64,000 bases of DNA, taken from NCBI GenBank assembly GCA_964608495.1, contig CAZSOQ010000001.1, positions 8,376 through 72,375 on the forward strand. The letters run 5' to 3'. Of the stretch, positions 28,824 through 38,016 are shown piece by piece. The translations under genes were made by a program, and so were the position numbers. Within the stretch, counting starts at the first letter, position 1. Each line of letters starts with the position of its first letter. The notes under the pieces were generated by a model, which did no database searches, was not told the DNA's origin, and was given only the letters and a program-made list of their open reading frames with translations. This DNA is from an uncultured Armatimonadia bacterium. GTDB lineage: Bacteria; Armatimonadota; Zipacnadia; Zipacnadales; FEN-943.

Positions 28824-30041
28824 CTACTGCACCTGGGTCCAGGTGCCGTTCTTGATGACGACCAGGGTGAAGGCGTCGGGCGTGAGCCCGGCGTGATCCT
28901 CGGCGGACAGATTGAACACGCCGCTGATGCCGACGTGCTCCTTCATGCCCTCGATGTGGTCGCGGATGGCGGCACGGTCGGCGCCCACGGCCTCGATGGC
29001 CTTGAACACGAGCTCGATGGCGTCGTAGGCGTGGCCGGCGAAGGTGTTGACGGGCTGGCTGGTGTGTGCTTCGTAGTCGGAGCGGAACTTGGCTAGCTCG
29101 GCCTTCTGCGCGTCGGTGTCGGGCAGCTCGTCAACGACGAGCAGCTTGCCGCAGGGGAGGATGACTCCCTCGGCGGCGTCACCGGCCAGCTCGATGAACT
29201 TCTCGTTGGCCACGCCGTGGCTCTGGATGAGCTGAGCCTTGATGCCCAGGCCCTTCATGTTCTTGGCCACGACGGCCGGGCCGGGGTTGGTGCCCCAGCA
29301 GATGACGGCCTGGGGGTTCTTGCCCTTGATCTTGGTCAACTGGGCCGTCATGTCGGTGTCCTTGGTCGCGAACTTCTCTTCATCCACGACCCCGATGCCG
29401 GCCTCGGGGAGCTGCTTCTTGAGCTGCTCAGCTCCGCTCTGGCCGAAGGCATTGCTGTCGCAGATGATCGCCACCTTCTTGATGTCCTTGTCGAGCAGGT
29501 AGCGCAGGATGCGCTGGACAGCGAGGACGTCGGTCTGGGCGGTGGAGAAGACCCACTTCTTGACGGGGGTGGTGATCTTGTTCGACGCGGCGCAGGAGAT
29601 GAGGGGGATCTGGGCCTGCTCGCAGGTGTCCACGATCGCCAGGGAGGTGCCGCTCATGGTGGGGCCGACGATGGCGAGGACCTTGTCCTGCTCGATGAGC
29701 TTCTTGGCGGCGAGGACGGCCTTGGACTCCTCGGTGGCGTCGTCCTCGACGATGATCTCGACGGGGCGTCCGGCAAGGCCGCCCGAGGCGTTGATGCTCT
29801 CCTGCATCATCTCGGCGGTGAGCTTCTCGGGCTCGCCCAGCGGCGCGCCAGGGCCGCTGGCGGAGAAAATGGCGCCGATCTTGATGGGCTCGCCCGTGGG
29901 CGCGCCGGAGCCAGGCATGCCGGGCTGCGCGGACACGGGCGCAGGCGGCGGCGGCTTCTTGCCACAACCCGCGAAAACGAGAACCAGCAGAACACAGAGC
30001 AACAATGGTGCGCTGGAGAAGCGGGGTCGCTGAACCGTCAT
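28824..30041 (-). CDS. livK: ABC transporter substrate-binding lipoprotein, LivK/LivJ family
   Basis: Start at the M of MTVQRPRF, after a GGGAGG RBS. Lipobox LVFAGCG. Periplasmic-binding-protein type I blocks KIGAIFSASGPGAPLG and VLAIVGPTMSG. Confidence 0.75.
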   Translation of the reverse strand: MTVQRPRFSSAPLLLCVLLVLVFAGCGKKPPPPAPVSAQPGMPGSGAPTGEPIKIGAIFSASGPGAPLGEPEKLTAEMMQESINASGGLAGRPVEIIVEDDATEESKAVLAAKKLIEQDKVLAIVGPTMSGTSLAIVDTCEQAQIPLISCAASNKITTPVKKWVFSTAQTDVLAVQRILRYLLDKDIKKVAIICDSNAFGQSGAEQLKKQLPEAGIGVVDEEKFATKDTDMTAQLTKIKGKNPQAVICWGTNPGPAVVAKNMKGLGIKAQLIQSHGVANEKFIELAGDAAEGVILPCGKLLVVDELPDTDAQKAELAKFRSDYEAHTSQPVNTFAGHAYDAIELVFKAIEAVGADRAAIRDHIEGMKEHVGISGVFNLSAEDHAGLTPDAFTLVVIKNGTWTQVQ

Positions 30042-30192
30042 GGACACGGCCTCCCGTCCACTTGTGTGAGATACCGCCGCGCATGAAAGCACGGCGTCGC
30101 CCCTGTCCACTCGCGAAACCCTCTCCCGGGTGTGGTTGCCGACTGCTGTGCCACGAGTACGGGGTGCCACTAATTTAGAGGGTTTGCGGTTT

Positions 30193-30208
30193 TTCCGCAA
30201 TGGCGGAA
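30193..30208. promoter_or_regulatory. Palindrome TTCCGC-AATG-GCGGAA about 150 bp upstream of the livK-paaK operon start; candidate operator
   Basis: Perfect 6-4-6 inverted repeat in the lower-GC leader region of the operon. Confidence 0.3.
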
Positions 30209-30518
30209 GCTTCACGGAAGGCGAAACCCTTGGCCCGGGAGCGGGTGTCCTGGCCGGTGTCTGTGGTAGTTGCAGGTCGGGCCGAAGGCTCGCGCCTGCG
30301 GGGTGGTCGTTGACGTGGTCAGGCTCTGTCCGCGCAACTCGTGCCCCGCCAGAGCTGGCGCTCTGCTGCTCGTCTGTTGTCCTCGCAGCTCGCGCGCATG
30401 GCTCGCCCGGAGGCGCCGCTACCGTCGCCGGCCTTCGGGCAGGGATACCCCCGCCCGCGCCGAAGACCAAAAAGGACGGCCGCGGGAGGGCTCCGATACG
30501 GTCTCGGGCAGGCGTGCG

Positions 30519-30836
30519 ATGCAGAGGGAGAGGGTCGGTTCTGGCTGCTGTGTGCTCGCGGGGCTGACTTTCTGGGCGCTCGTGTGGCTCTTGGGCGGCT
30601 ATTCCCTCGGCGAAGTCCTGCTCTACACCGCGGTCTCACTGGCCCTTGTCGTGGCCCTGGGGGGCGTCTTCTGGCTGCTCCAGCGGGCCTTCCCTTCGCT
30701 GCCCGAGCGCGTGCCCGGCGACGTGGTCCTCTCAGTGCGCGGACGGCGGCGGTGTATCCCCCTGGGCGCCATCGCGGTCCTGGCTGCCGTGATGGTGGGG
30801 TTGCTCTGGATGTACCGGGCGGTCTTCGGCGGCTGA
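30519..30836 (+). CDS. Small hypothetical membrane protein
   Basis: Three predicted TM helices. Weak RBS. Codon usage is coding-like. Confidence 0.3.
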   Translation: MQRERVGSGCCVLAGLTFWALVWLLGGYSLGEVLLYTAVSLALVVALGGVFWLLQRAFPSLPERVPGDVVLSVRGRRRCIPLGAIAVLAAVMVGLLWMYRAVFGG

Positions 30837-30881
30837 CCGGCGGCGGGCGTGCCGCCACTCACGAGATGGGAGGGGGAAGTC

Positions 30882-31322
30882 ATGGCAGAGGATACGGCCT
30901 CGCAGGTCGGGCTGTGCGTGGTACTGCTCCTGGGAGCGGTGATCGCTTTCCTGGGCATGGTGCTGGTGGCGCGGACCCGGGCGACCAGGCCTTCTGGCCG
31001 CCTCGCCCGCTTGCTGACGCTCCTCTGCCTTCTGTCCGTGGGGGCGTGGCTCGTGTACGTCGGCGCCTGCGGGATGGCCTATTCATGTCTCACCCGCACC
31101 TGCGCCAGGATTCAGACGGTCCACACGAGGGACGAGGTGCTGAGCGTTGCCCGTCTGTACACCGAGCGGGTCGAGCCCAGCCTCGAATCCTGGTCGGCAC
31201 CTGCCGAAGCGGGCTCCGTGTACAGCTACTCACTCCTTGGTCTGCGTTCGCTCGGTCTGGTCTTCCACGTCGCCTACGACGAGGACGAGCGGGTCCTCGT
31301 CGTCTACGACACCTACGAATGA
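30882..31322 (+). CDS. Hypothetical membrane protein
   Basis: GGGAGGGGGAAG RBS directly upstream of the ATG at 30882. Two TM helices. Confidence 0.35.
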   Translation: MAEDTASQVGLCVVLLLGAVIAFLGMVLVARTRATRPSGRLARLLTLLCLLSVGAWLVYVGACGMAYSCLTRTCARIQTVHTRDEVLSVARLYTERVEPSLESWSAPAEAGSVYSYSLLGLRSLGLVFHVAYDEDERVLVVYDTYE

Positions 31323-31511
31323 CGCGATAGCCCCCTGCCCGGTTCCCCGGCATGCGGACAGGCAGGAGGTCGTTCTCCAGCGTCACGCGGAGGAGGTGCC
31401 CGCAGCCGCCCGAAACCTTCCCAGGGCTGTAACGACGCGCGCCTTGTGGGAGGTTCCTCTGTAGGGGCAGCGTGTCCCGCCCTTCCCGCCAAGCGACAGG
31501 AGAGGTGACCG

Positions 31512-32915
31512 ATGGCTGACGAGCGACCGAACATCGTGCTGTTCACGACCGACCAGCATCGCGGGGATCACATCGGGCTGTCGGGGCTGCCCGCGATCGA
31601 GACCCCCAACCTGGACAGCTTCATCAACCAGGGGGCCTACTTCCCGAGGGCCTACTCCGAGATCCCCTCGACGACGGGAGCGCGGCGGTGTCTGCTGGGC
31701 GGGCAGGGGAGCTACGACTGTGGGCTGATCGGCTATGCGGGGATCGAGTGGCATGAGCCGAATACGCTGGCGGCCGTGCTGGCGGCGGCGGGATACCACT
31801 GCATCAACGTGGGCTGGCGGAACCTGCACCCGCCACGCAAGCTGTACGGCTTTCACACCGTGATCCCCCACGACCTGAGGGAGGGCGTGGACGACTACCT
31901 GGACTGGCTGAGGGAGCAGGTAGGGCCGTACGCGGACGAGCGCGGGCACGGCTGTGACGCGAACGGGTGGCTGGCGCGGCCGTGGCACCTGGAGGAGCGC
32001 CTGCACCCGAGCGTGTGGACGACGGACGTGAGCCTGGAGCAGATAGCCAAGCGCGACCCGACCAGGCCCTTCTTCCTCTGGGTGTCCCACCTGCGTCCGC
32101 ACTCGCCCTACGACCCGCCGCAGTTCTTCTGGGACCAGTACATCAACCGGGAGCTCCCCGCGATACCGATCGGCGATTGGGCCGAGGAGCACGCCATACC
32201 GCAGCCGGGCCTGGAGAGGACGGCCTGGCGGGGACGGCTCACCCCGGAGCAGAACCAGCGCATGCGCGCCGCCTACCGGGCCGTGTGTACGCACCTGGAC
32301 TACGAGCTGGGCAGGCTGATGGAGCACCTGGCGCGGGACCGGCTGCTGGAGAATACGCTCATCGTCTTCACGTCGGATCACGGCGACATGATGGGGGACC
32401 ATCACCTGCACCGGAAGACCTATGCCTACGAGGGGTCGGCGAGGATCCCCTTCGCGGTGCGCTGGCCCAGGGGACTGGACGCGCCCACGGGCGTGTGCGA
32501 GAAGGTCGTGGGGCTGCAGGACGTGATGCCCACGATCCTGGAGGTTGCGGGCGTCGAGATCCCAGACTCCGTGACGGGGAAGAGCGTGCTGGCGGCGTTG
32601 AGAGGGGAGCCGTGGCGCGAGTTCCTGCACGGCGAGCACTCGCCCTGCTACTCGGTCGAGCAGGCCATGCACTTCCTGACAGACGGGCGGGAGAAGTACA
32701 TGTGGTTCCCGGCGACTGGGCGCGAACAGCTCTTCGACCTCGTCAGGGATCCCGGGGAGCTGCACGACCTGGCGCGGGACCCCGCGCAGGCCGGGCGAGT
32801 GGAGCTCTGGCGGCGGTGGCTGGTGGAGCTGCTGGGCAAGCGGGGGGACGGGTTCTCGGACGGCGAGAAGCTGCTGGTGCGCGAAGGGCGCTGGGGACCG
32901 GTGGCCGGGGAATAG
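31512..32915 (+). CDS. Sulfatase-fold (alkaline-phosphatase superfamily) protein lacking the canonical C/S-x-P-x-R formylglycine motif
   Basis: NIVLFTTDQHRGDH and TPNLDSFINQGAYF are sulfatase N-terminal blocks. FTSDHGDMMGDHHLHRKT is the sulfatase C-motif. The nucleophile region reads IPSTTGARRCLLGG rather than CxPSR. Confidence 0.7.
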   Translation: MADERPNIVLFTTDQHRGDHIGLSGLPAIETPNLDSFINQGAYFPRAYSEIPSTTGARRCLLGGQGSYDCGLIGYAGIEWHEPNTLAAVLAAAGYHCINVGWRNLHPPRKLYGFHTVIPHDLREGVDDYLDWLREQVGPYADERGHGCDANGWLARPWHLEERLHPSVWTTDVSLEQIAKRDPTRPFFLWVSHLRPHSPYDPPQFFWDQYINRELPAIPIGDWAEEHAIPQPGLERTAWRGRLTPEQNQRMRAAYRAVCTHLDYELGRLMEHLARDRLLENTLIVFTSDHGDMMGDHHLHRKTYAYEGSARIPFAVRWPRGLDAPTGVCEKVVGLQDVMPTILEVAGVEIPDSVTGKSVLAALRGEPWREFLHGEHSPCYSVEQAMHFLTDGREKYMWFPATGREQLFDLVRDPGELHDLARDPAQAGRVELWRRWLVELLGKRGDGFSDGEKLLVREGRWGPVAGE

Positions 32916-32930
32916 GAGACGGCCGGCGGG

Positions 32931-33365
32931 TCAGTCGCGGACGCGCCACAGATCGCTCGGGGCCTGGTCCCAGGCCCAGCGGCCGGCGGCCTCCGGGCCT
33001 TCCTCGCGGGTGAGGCGCAGCAGGTGATCGAGCGCCTCGGGACAGGGTGTGAGCTCCGCGCGGCGGCCGGTGTGCAGGTTCACGGCCCGCAGGCGAAGGT
33101 CGGTGCTGGGCCGGAGGTGGAGATTGCCCTTGCCGGGGGTGCAGCCGGTGGAGAGCTGCAGGCCGTCCACGAGGCAGGACCACGGTGGCTGGGCCGGGCA
33201 CCAGGCGACCAGGGCCAGGCCGAAGTGGCTCTCGGCCGCCAGGGCCTCGAGCAGGAGCCGCCCGGCCTGGTAGCCGAGCACCGCGAAACCGCCGAGGTGG
33301 CCGTGGAAGGCGATCAGGTCCTCGAGCGAGTGCTGCCGGCCCCGGGCGTGGGGATGAGTGCGCAT
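32931..33365 (-). CDS. FmdE/FwdE-domain protein
   Basis: LIAFHGHLGGFAVLGYQAG resembles the FmdE ELHGHLCPGLALG block. Confidence 0.55.
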   Translation of the reverse strand: MRTHPHARGRQHSLEDLIAFHGHLGGFAVLGYQAGRLLLEALAAESHFGLALVAWCPAQPPWSCLVDGLQLSTGCTPGKGNLHLRPSTDLRLRAVNLHTGRRAELTPCPEALDHLLRLTREEGPEAAGRWAWDQAPSDLWRVRD

Positions 33366-33389
33366 GGGGTGCAGGCCTCCGGATCGCCG

Positions 33390-34094
33390 TCACACCAGCC
33401 AGAGGATGCGGCGGCAGCTCTCGCAGCGGATGGGCGTGGCGCTCTTGCCGATGCGGTCGGCCTGGTCGCGCGGCACGGCGGTATGGCAGGCCTGGCAGGT
33501 GTAGGCCACGACGCCCGCCACGGCCACGCCGCCGAGCCGATCGCGCAACTGGTCGTAGGTCTTGAGCAGCGAAGGGTCTAGCTGGGCGACCAGCTCAGTT
33601 CGGCGGGCGCCAAGCTCCTGGATCTCGCGCGTGAGGCGCTCGGTATCCATCTTGTAGTGGGCTTCCCTGTCCTCGGCGGTGGCCCGCAGGCGCTGGACCT
33701 GATCGGCGAGGGCCGCCACCGCCTGCTCCTCCTCCTCGACCTGGTCCATCAGACCGAGGATCTGCTCCTCGAGCTTGCCCTTCAGAGCCGTCAGCTCGGC
33801 GATCTTGCGTTCGAGAGCCGCGAGCTCCTTGGGGTCACTGACCGTGCCGCCGTAGCATCGCGAGTGCTTGTCGTTGCGCTCCTCTTCGGTGCTGGCCAGG
33901 CGCAGCTCCTTGTCGCGCAGAGTCGTGCGCGTCTGGTGAAGCTTCTCCTCGGCCTCCTTGAGGCGCTGCTCGGCATCGGCGAGCTGCGCACGGGCGGCGG
34001 TGCCGTCGTCAAGGGAGGCGAGGGCACGTTGCCTCTCGACGATGCCGGTATCTACGGTCTGAAGCTCATAGAGGAGCGCGAGGTCACTACTCAT
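33390..34094 (-). CDS. Zinc-ribbon coiled-coil protein (COG1579 family)
   Basis: Long coiled-coil followed by a C-terminal CQACHTAVP...CESC C4 zinc ribbon. Confidence 0.7.
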   Translation of the reverse strand: MSSDLALLYELQTVDTGIVERQRALASLDDGTAARAQLADAEQRLKEAEEKLHQTRTTLRDKELRLASTEEERNDKHSRCYGGTVSDPKELAALERKIAELTALKGKLEEQILGLMDQVEEEEQAVAALADQVQRLRATAEDREAHYKMDTERLTREIQELGARRTELVAQLDPSLLKTYDQLRDRLGGVAVAGVVAYTCQACHTAVPRDQADRIGKSATPIRCESCRRILWLV

Positions 34095-34224
34095 TCCCGT
34101 GGCCCCCTCAGGACGTGCAAGGTGAAGGAGTTGTTTCGGCGCAAAGCGCCCCGGTCCTGCGCAGGTCTGCCGGGACGACGGGGCAGTCGCGGGGTGCGCG
34201 GAGGCGGGTCTGTGTCGGGCCGAG

Positions 34225-35169
34225 CTACCAGTAGCCGGGCTCGCGCTCGCGGAGCCATTCGAGAGTGTGGTCGAGGGACTGGGTCCCGGCGGTCGCGCCG
34301 ACGCCGGTCACGCAGAGCGCGCCGGCGGCGTTGGCGAACTTGGCGCACTTCTCGAGCGGCCAGCCCTCGATGTAGCCCCTGAGGAAACCGGCCACGAAGG
34401 CGTCGCCGGAACCGGTGCCGTCCACCGCCTCGACGGGGTAGATGGGGAGGCGGTACTCCTCGCCCTCGGCGGAGAGCAGGTAGGAGCCGTCCTCGCCCAT
34501 CTTGAGCACGACGATCTCGATGCCGTACTCGAGCAGGGCCTCGGCCACGCGGCGCGGGTCTTGCTCGCCGGTGAGCTCCTGGGCCTCGGGCAGGCTGGGG
34601 AGGAAGAGGTCGGCCTGGCGGACGCAGGGCTCGAGGACCTCCATCCACCTGCCGGTGGCGTCCCAGACGACGTCGAGGGCAGTGGTGACGCCGGCGGCGC
34701 GGGCCTGGGCCATGACCGAGGCGGCGGGCTGGCCGTCGAAGCCGGGCATGACGAGCGCGCCGGCGAAGAGGTAGACGCGGGCCTGCTTGATGACCTGGAG
34801 GTCCAGGTCCTCGGGGCGGAGCTTGGTGTTGGCGCCCGTGTAGTGGATGAAGGACCGCTCGCCCGCGTCGTCAATCATGACCATCGTGGCGGAGGTTCCG
34901 GCCTCCGAGGAGCGGGCGACGCGGGTCTGCAGGCCATAGGACTCGAGGGTGGCGATGACGAAATCGCCGAAGACGTCCTCGCCGACCTTGCCCATCACCA
35001 TGGCGTTGGCGCCGAGCTTGGCCAGGTGGATGCCGACGTTCGAGGCACAGCCGCCGATGCTGATGCCGATGCCGTCCACCAGGGAAAGGCGGCCCCACTC
35101 GGGCCACTCGTTGACAGGCTTGGCCCAGACGTCGGCCACGAGGATGCCGGTACACACGATGTCTGCCAT
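34225..35169 (-). CDS. PfkB-family carbohydrate kinase (ribokinase/2-keto-3-deoxygluconate kinase-like)
   Basis: N-terminal GG motif (ISIGGCASN) and C-terminal DGTGSGDAFVAGF anion-hole motif. Confidence 0.8.
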   Translation of the reverse strand: MADIVCTGILVADVWAKPVNEWPEWGRLSLVDGIGISIGGCASNVGIHLAKLGANAMVMGKVGEDVFGDFVIATLESYGLQTRVARSSEAGTSATMVMIDDAGERSFIHYTGANTKLRPEDLDLQVIKQARVYLFAGALVMPGFDGQPAASVMAQARAAGVTTALDVVWDATGRWMEVLEPCVRQADLFLPSLPEAQELTGEQDPRRVAEALLEYGIEIVVLKMGEDGSYLLSAEGEEYRLPIYPVEAVDGTGSGDAFVAGFLRGYIEGWPLEKCAKFANAAGALCVTGVGATAGTQSLDHTLEWLREREPGYW

Positions 35170-35258
35170 TGTCTCGTCACCCTGGCTTGGGGAGGATAGG
35201 AAGGACTTCGCCGGGGCGAGGCCGTGTCCTGCGGCGCCCGGGCGCGGGAGGGAAGCCG

Positions 35259-36968
35259 ATGCTGGCCGTTAGGCCCGCGACAGCCCAGCCGGAGCCGGAG
35301 ACCCAGGGCTTCTGGGACGTGTACGGCGCCGGACAGATGGCGGAGAGGCTGGGCCGGGGCGAGGGACTGGTGCTGGACTGGGCCGAGGAGGCGATGCGGT
35401 GGGCGCCCGGGGACACGTCGCCGGCTGAGCCCTCGGCGCGGCCGGTCTCCCTGCGGGTACAGGCGATCAGGGACCTGGTCGGTGCCCCCTGGCTGGCCGG
35501 GGCTGTGCCGCCGGAGCCGCTCGTGGTGATGGGCGAGATCGGGGCCCTGGAGGGCGAGCCGGTCCTCGTGGGGACGGACGAGACGGGCCGGCGCGTGACG
35601 CTGGCTGCGCAGTGTGACGGGGGCCGGCGCGTGGGCTTTGCGTGGCCCCTGTTCGCGCAGGTGGGTCTGATGCTGTCGCGCTTCTCCTGGGCGGGAACCC
35701 CGGGCTTCAGTGGCTTCGTGCGCCGTGTGGATGACCTCTGGGACGACTGCCTGGCCGCTCTGTGCGGGGGACGGCCGCTCGTGGACGAGCTGGCCGACCT
35801 GCTCGGCGCTCTGGCGGGGGCCGTGGCGGAGGCCGGTGGGGCGCGGCTGGCGCGAGTGTGGCCCTGCCCGCTGGACGGCGACGGCCAGCCCTATGCGGGC
35901 GTGCTCGTCGGGTCGCACGACGTGGACGCCGTGTACGCCGACGCGCGCTGGAGGGAGAGGAGCTACGACGAGCAGGCGGGCAACGAGTGGTTCAACTTCC
36001 CACGCTGGATGGAGCTGGAGCGGGAGTTGGGCCTGCGCTCGGCCTTCTACCTGCAGACGCCCACGGGCAGGGAGTACGAGCACGGGCCCGGGTATGACCT
36101 GCGCGACCCGGCCGTGCTCGAGGCGGCGAGGCGGCTGCACGAGGGGGGCTGGGAGATCGGCCCGCACCTGATGGACGCCGACCCCGCGGACCTGGTCGAG
36201 CAGGTGCGGCTCTTTGCGGCGCTGACGGGCGTGCGGCCGCCCGGGACCCGTAGCCACTACCTCGCGCACCGCTGGGACAGCCTGGACGCCAAGGCCGCGG
36301 CCGGGCTGATCTACGACAGCACCTGGTACCCGGAGCAGACCCGGGTCGGGTTCCTGTGCGGGACCGTGCTGCCCTTCAGGCCTGTGAGCACGAAGTCGGG
36401 CGAGGCCCTGCCGCTGGTGGAGCTGAGCAGCGTGGTCGAGGACGGCGTCGTAACGGGAGTGTACGGCGAGGGCACCGCCCGCGACATTGCCGGGGCCGTG
36501 GAGGAGGGAGCGGCAGCGGTGCGGGCCGCGGCCGCTCGGGGCGGCTGCATCGTCCTGAACTGGCACCAGCGGACCTTCGCGCTCATGGACCGCTACTCGG
36601 GGGCTCCGGCGGACTGGACCCCCGCGTACCGCGGGGTAGCTGAGGTCGCTGAGGCGGCGGTGCCGAGACTGTGGAAGGCGACGCCTGGCGAGGTGGCGCG
36701 CTGGTGGCTGGCGCGGGCGGGCGCGAGGGTCCGATGGCGCGAGGGGGAGCTGGAGTTGACGAACGAGGGGCCGGCGGGGTGGCGCGGCGCCCTACTGGTA
36801 GGCGCGGGCGCGCTCGCGCCTGGTGAGGCGGAAGGGGCGGGCGCCGTGCGTCACGGCACGGGCTGGCTGGTGCCGGTGCAGGTCGAGGCGGGCGAGCGGA
36901 CGATGGCGCTCCGAGGCGGTGGCTGTCAGGAGCCGGGGCGCTTGGGCCGCAGGTACACCACCCAGTAG
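35259..36968 (+). CDS. Polysaccharide deacetylase-like (CE4/NodB-fold) protein, putative
   Basis: GSHDVDAVY (motif 1-like), RSHYLAH (H-x-x-x-H motif 2-like) and LPFRPV (motif 3-like). Start is uncertain (35169 or 35259). The 3' end overlaps the convergent FNT gene. Confidence 0.4.
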   Translation: MLAVRPATAQPEPETQGFWDVYGAGQMAERLGRGEGLVLDWAEEAMRWAPGDTSPAEPSARPVSLRVQAIRDLVGAPWLAGAVPPEPLVVMGEIGALEGEPVLVGTDETGRRVTLAAQCDGGRRVGFAWPLFAQVGLMLSRFSWAGTPGFSGFVRRVDDLWDDCLAALCGGRPLVDELADLLGALAGAVAEAGGARLARVWPCPLDGDGQPYAGVLVGSHDVDAVYADARWRERSYDEQAGNEWFNFPRWMELERELGLRSAFYLQTPTGREYEHGPGYDLRDPAVLEAARRLHEGGWEIGPHLMDADPADLVEQVRLFAALTGVRPPGTRSHYLAHRWDSLDAKAAAGLIYDSTWYPEQTRVGFLCGTVLPFRPVSTKSGEALPLVELSSVVEDGVVTGVYGEGTARDIAGAVEEGAAAVRAAAARGGCIVLNWHQRTFALMDRYSGAPADWTPAYRGVAEVAEAAVPRLWKATPGEVARWWLARAGARVRWREGELELTNEGPAGWRGALLVGAGALAPGEAEGAGAVRHGTGWLVPVQVEAGERTMALRGGGCQEPGRLGRRYTTQ

Positions 36969-37804
36969 AAGGCGCCCACGAGGACGGAGCCCCCGAAGAT
37001 ATTGCCCAGGGTGACCGGGACGAGATTGCGCACGAGGAAGGCGGACCAGGTGAGGTCGGCGTAGTCGAGCGGGGTCTTGCCGATGAGGTCCCAGAAGGGC
37101 TGAGGGGCCGCCGACTTGATGACGAGGGCGATTGGGATGAAGTACATGTTGGCGACGCTGTGCTCGAAGCCCGCAGCCACGAAGGCGGCGATGGGGGGGA
37201 TGACCGCGAGGATCCGGTCCACGGTGGTGCGCGCGCTGTAGGTCATCCAGACGGCGAGGCAGACGAGGGCGTTGCACAGGGCGCCGAGGGCGAGGGCCTG
37301 GACGAAGTCCAGCCGCACTTTGGCCAGTCCGATGTTGAGGGCGGTCTGGCCCACGCCGCCGTCGGCCATCTGGTAGTGGCCGCCGAGGACGACGAGGAGG
37401 ACCGTGGCGAGCGAGCCGGCGAAGTTGCCGGCGTAGACGATGGCCCAGTTGCGCAGGAGCTGCCAGGTGGAGACGCGACCGCCGGCCCAGGCCATGACGA
37501 TGAGGTTGTTGCCGGTGAACAGCTCGGCGCCGGCGACGACGACGAGGATCAGGCCGACGGTGAAGACGAGGCCGCCGAGGAGTCTGGAGACGCCCCAGGG
37601 CACGGCCGCGCCGCCGGTCCAGACGACGGTGGCGAAGACCGCGCCGAGGGCGATGAAGGCCCCGGCGAGGACGGCCAGCACGGCCGTGCTCCAGAAGTCG
37701 AGGTGGCCCTTGGCGACCCCGATGTCCTCGGCCCTGCGGGCCATCTCGGGCGGCAGGAGAGCATCGAAGCCCTTGGCGTTGGGCTGGTCGGGCGGCTTTG
37801 CCAT
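36926..37804 (-). CDS. Formate/nitrite transporter (FNT family)
   Basis: Six TM helices with FNT blocks GAELFTGNN and GFEHSVANMYF. GGGAGAC RBS before the ATG at 37804. Confidence 0.75.
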   Translation of the reverse strand: MAKPPDQPNAKGFDALLPPEMARRAEDIGVAKGHLDFWSTAVLAVLAGAFIALGAVFATVVWTGGAAVPWGVSRLLGGLVFTVGLILVVVAGAELFTGNNLIVMAWAGGRVSTWQLLRNWAIVYAGNFAGSLATVLLVVLGGHYQMADGGVGQTALNIGLAKVRLDFVQALALGALCNALVCLAVWMTYSARTTVDRILAVIPPIAAFVAAGFEHSVANMYFIPIALVIKSAAPQPFWDLIGKTPLDYADLTWSAFLVRNLVPVTLGNIFGGSVLVGAFYWVVYLRPKRPGS

Positions 37805-38016
37805 GCCTGCGGTCTCCCTGGCCCCCGGCGCGGCGGCGGGGCCCATGGTCACCGTCGCGGGCGAGCCCGCTTCATCGCGGAGCGCGCGTGGCGGCGAGGT
37901 GAATTCGCCGGCTTCGGGCCTGCGACCTGCCTGCCCCGGCCGTGGGGGCCCGGGGCGATGCGCTGGTTTGCGGCGGTTGCGGGCAAGGGTATGCCCGGCG
38001 CAAGGGAGGCGAGGAC

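Noticed and set aside
30341-31330. 329-aa plus-strand ORF upstream of the sulfatase-fold gene
   Set aside because: Arg/Pro/Gly-rich with no hydrophobic core or domain. Two short, hydrophobic, RBS-preceded ORFs in other frames (30519-30836, 30882-31322) are more plausible, though still weak.
36926-36968. 43-bp convergent overlap between the CE4-like gene and the FNT transporter gene
   Set aside because: Probably an artefact of read-through in a stop-poor frame; the CE4-like C-terminus is low complexity. Not interpreted as a genuine antisense overlap.
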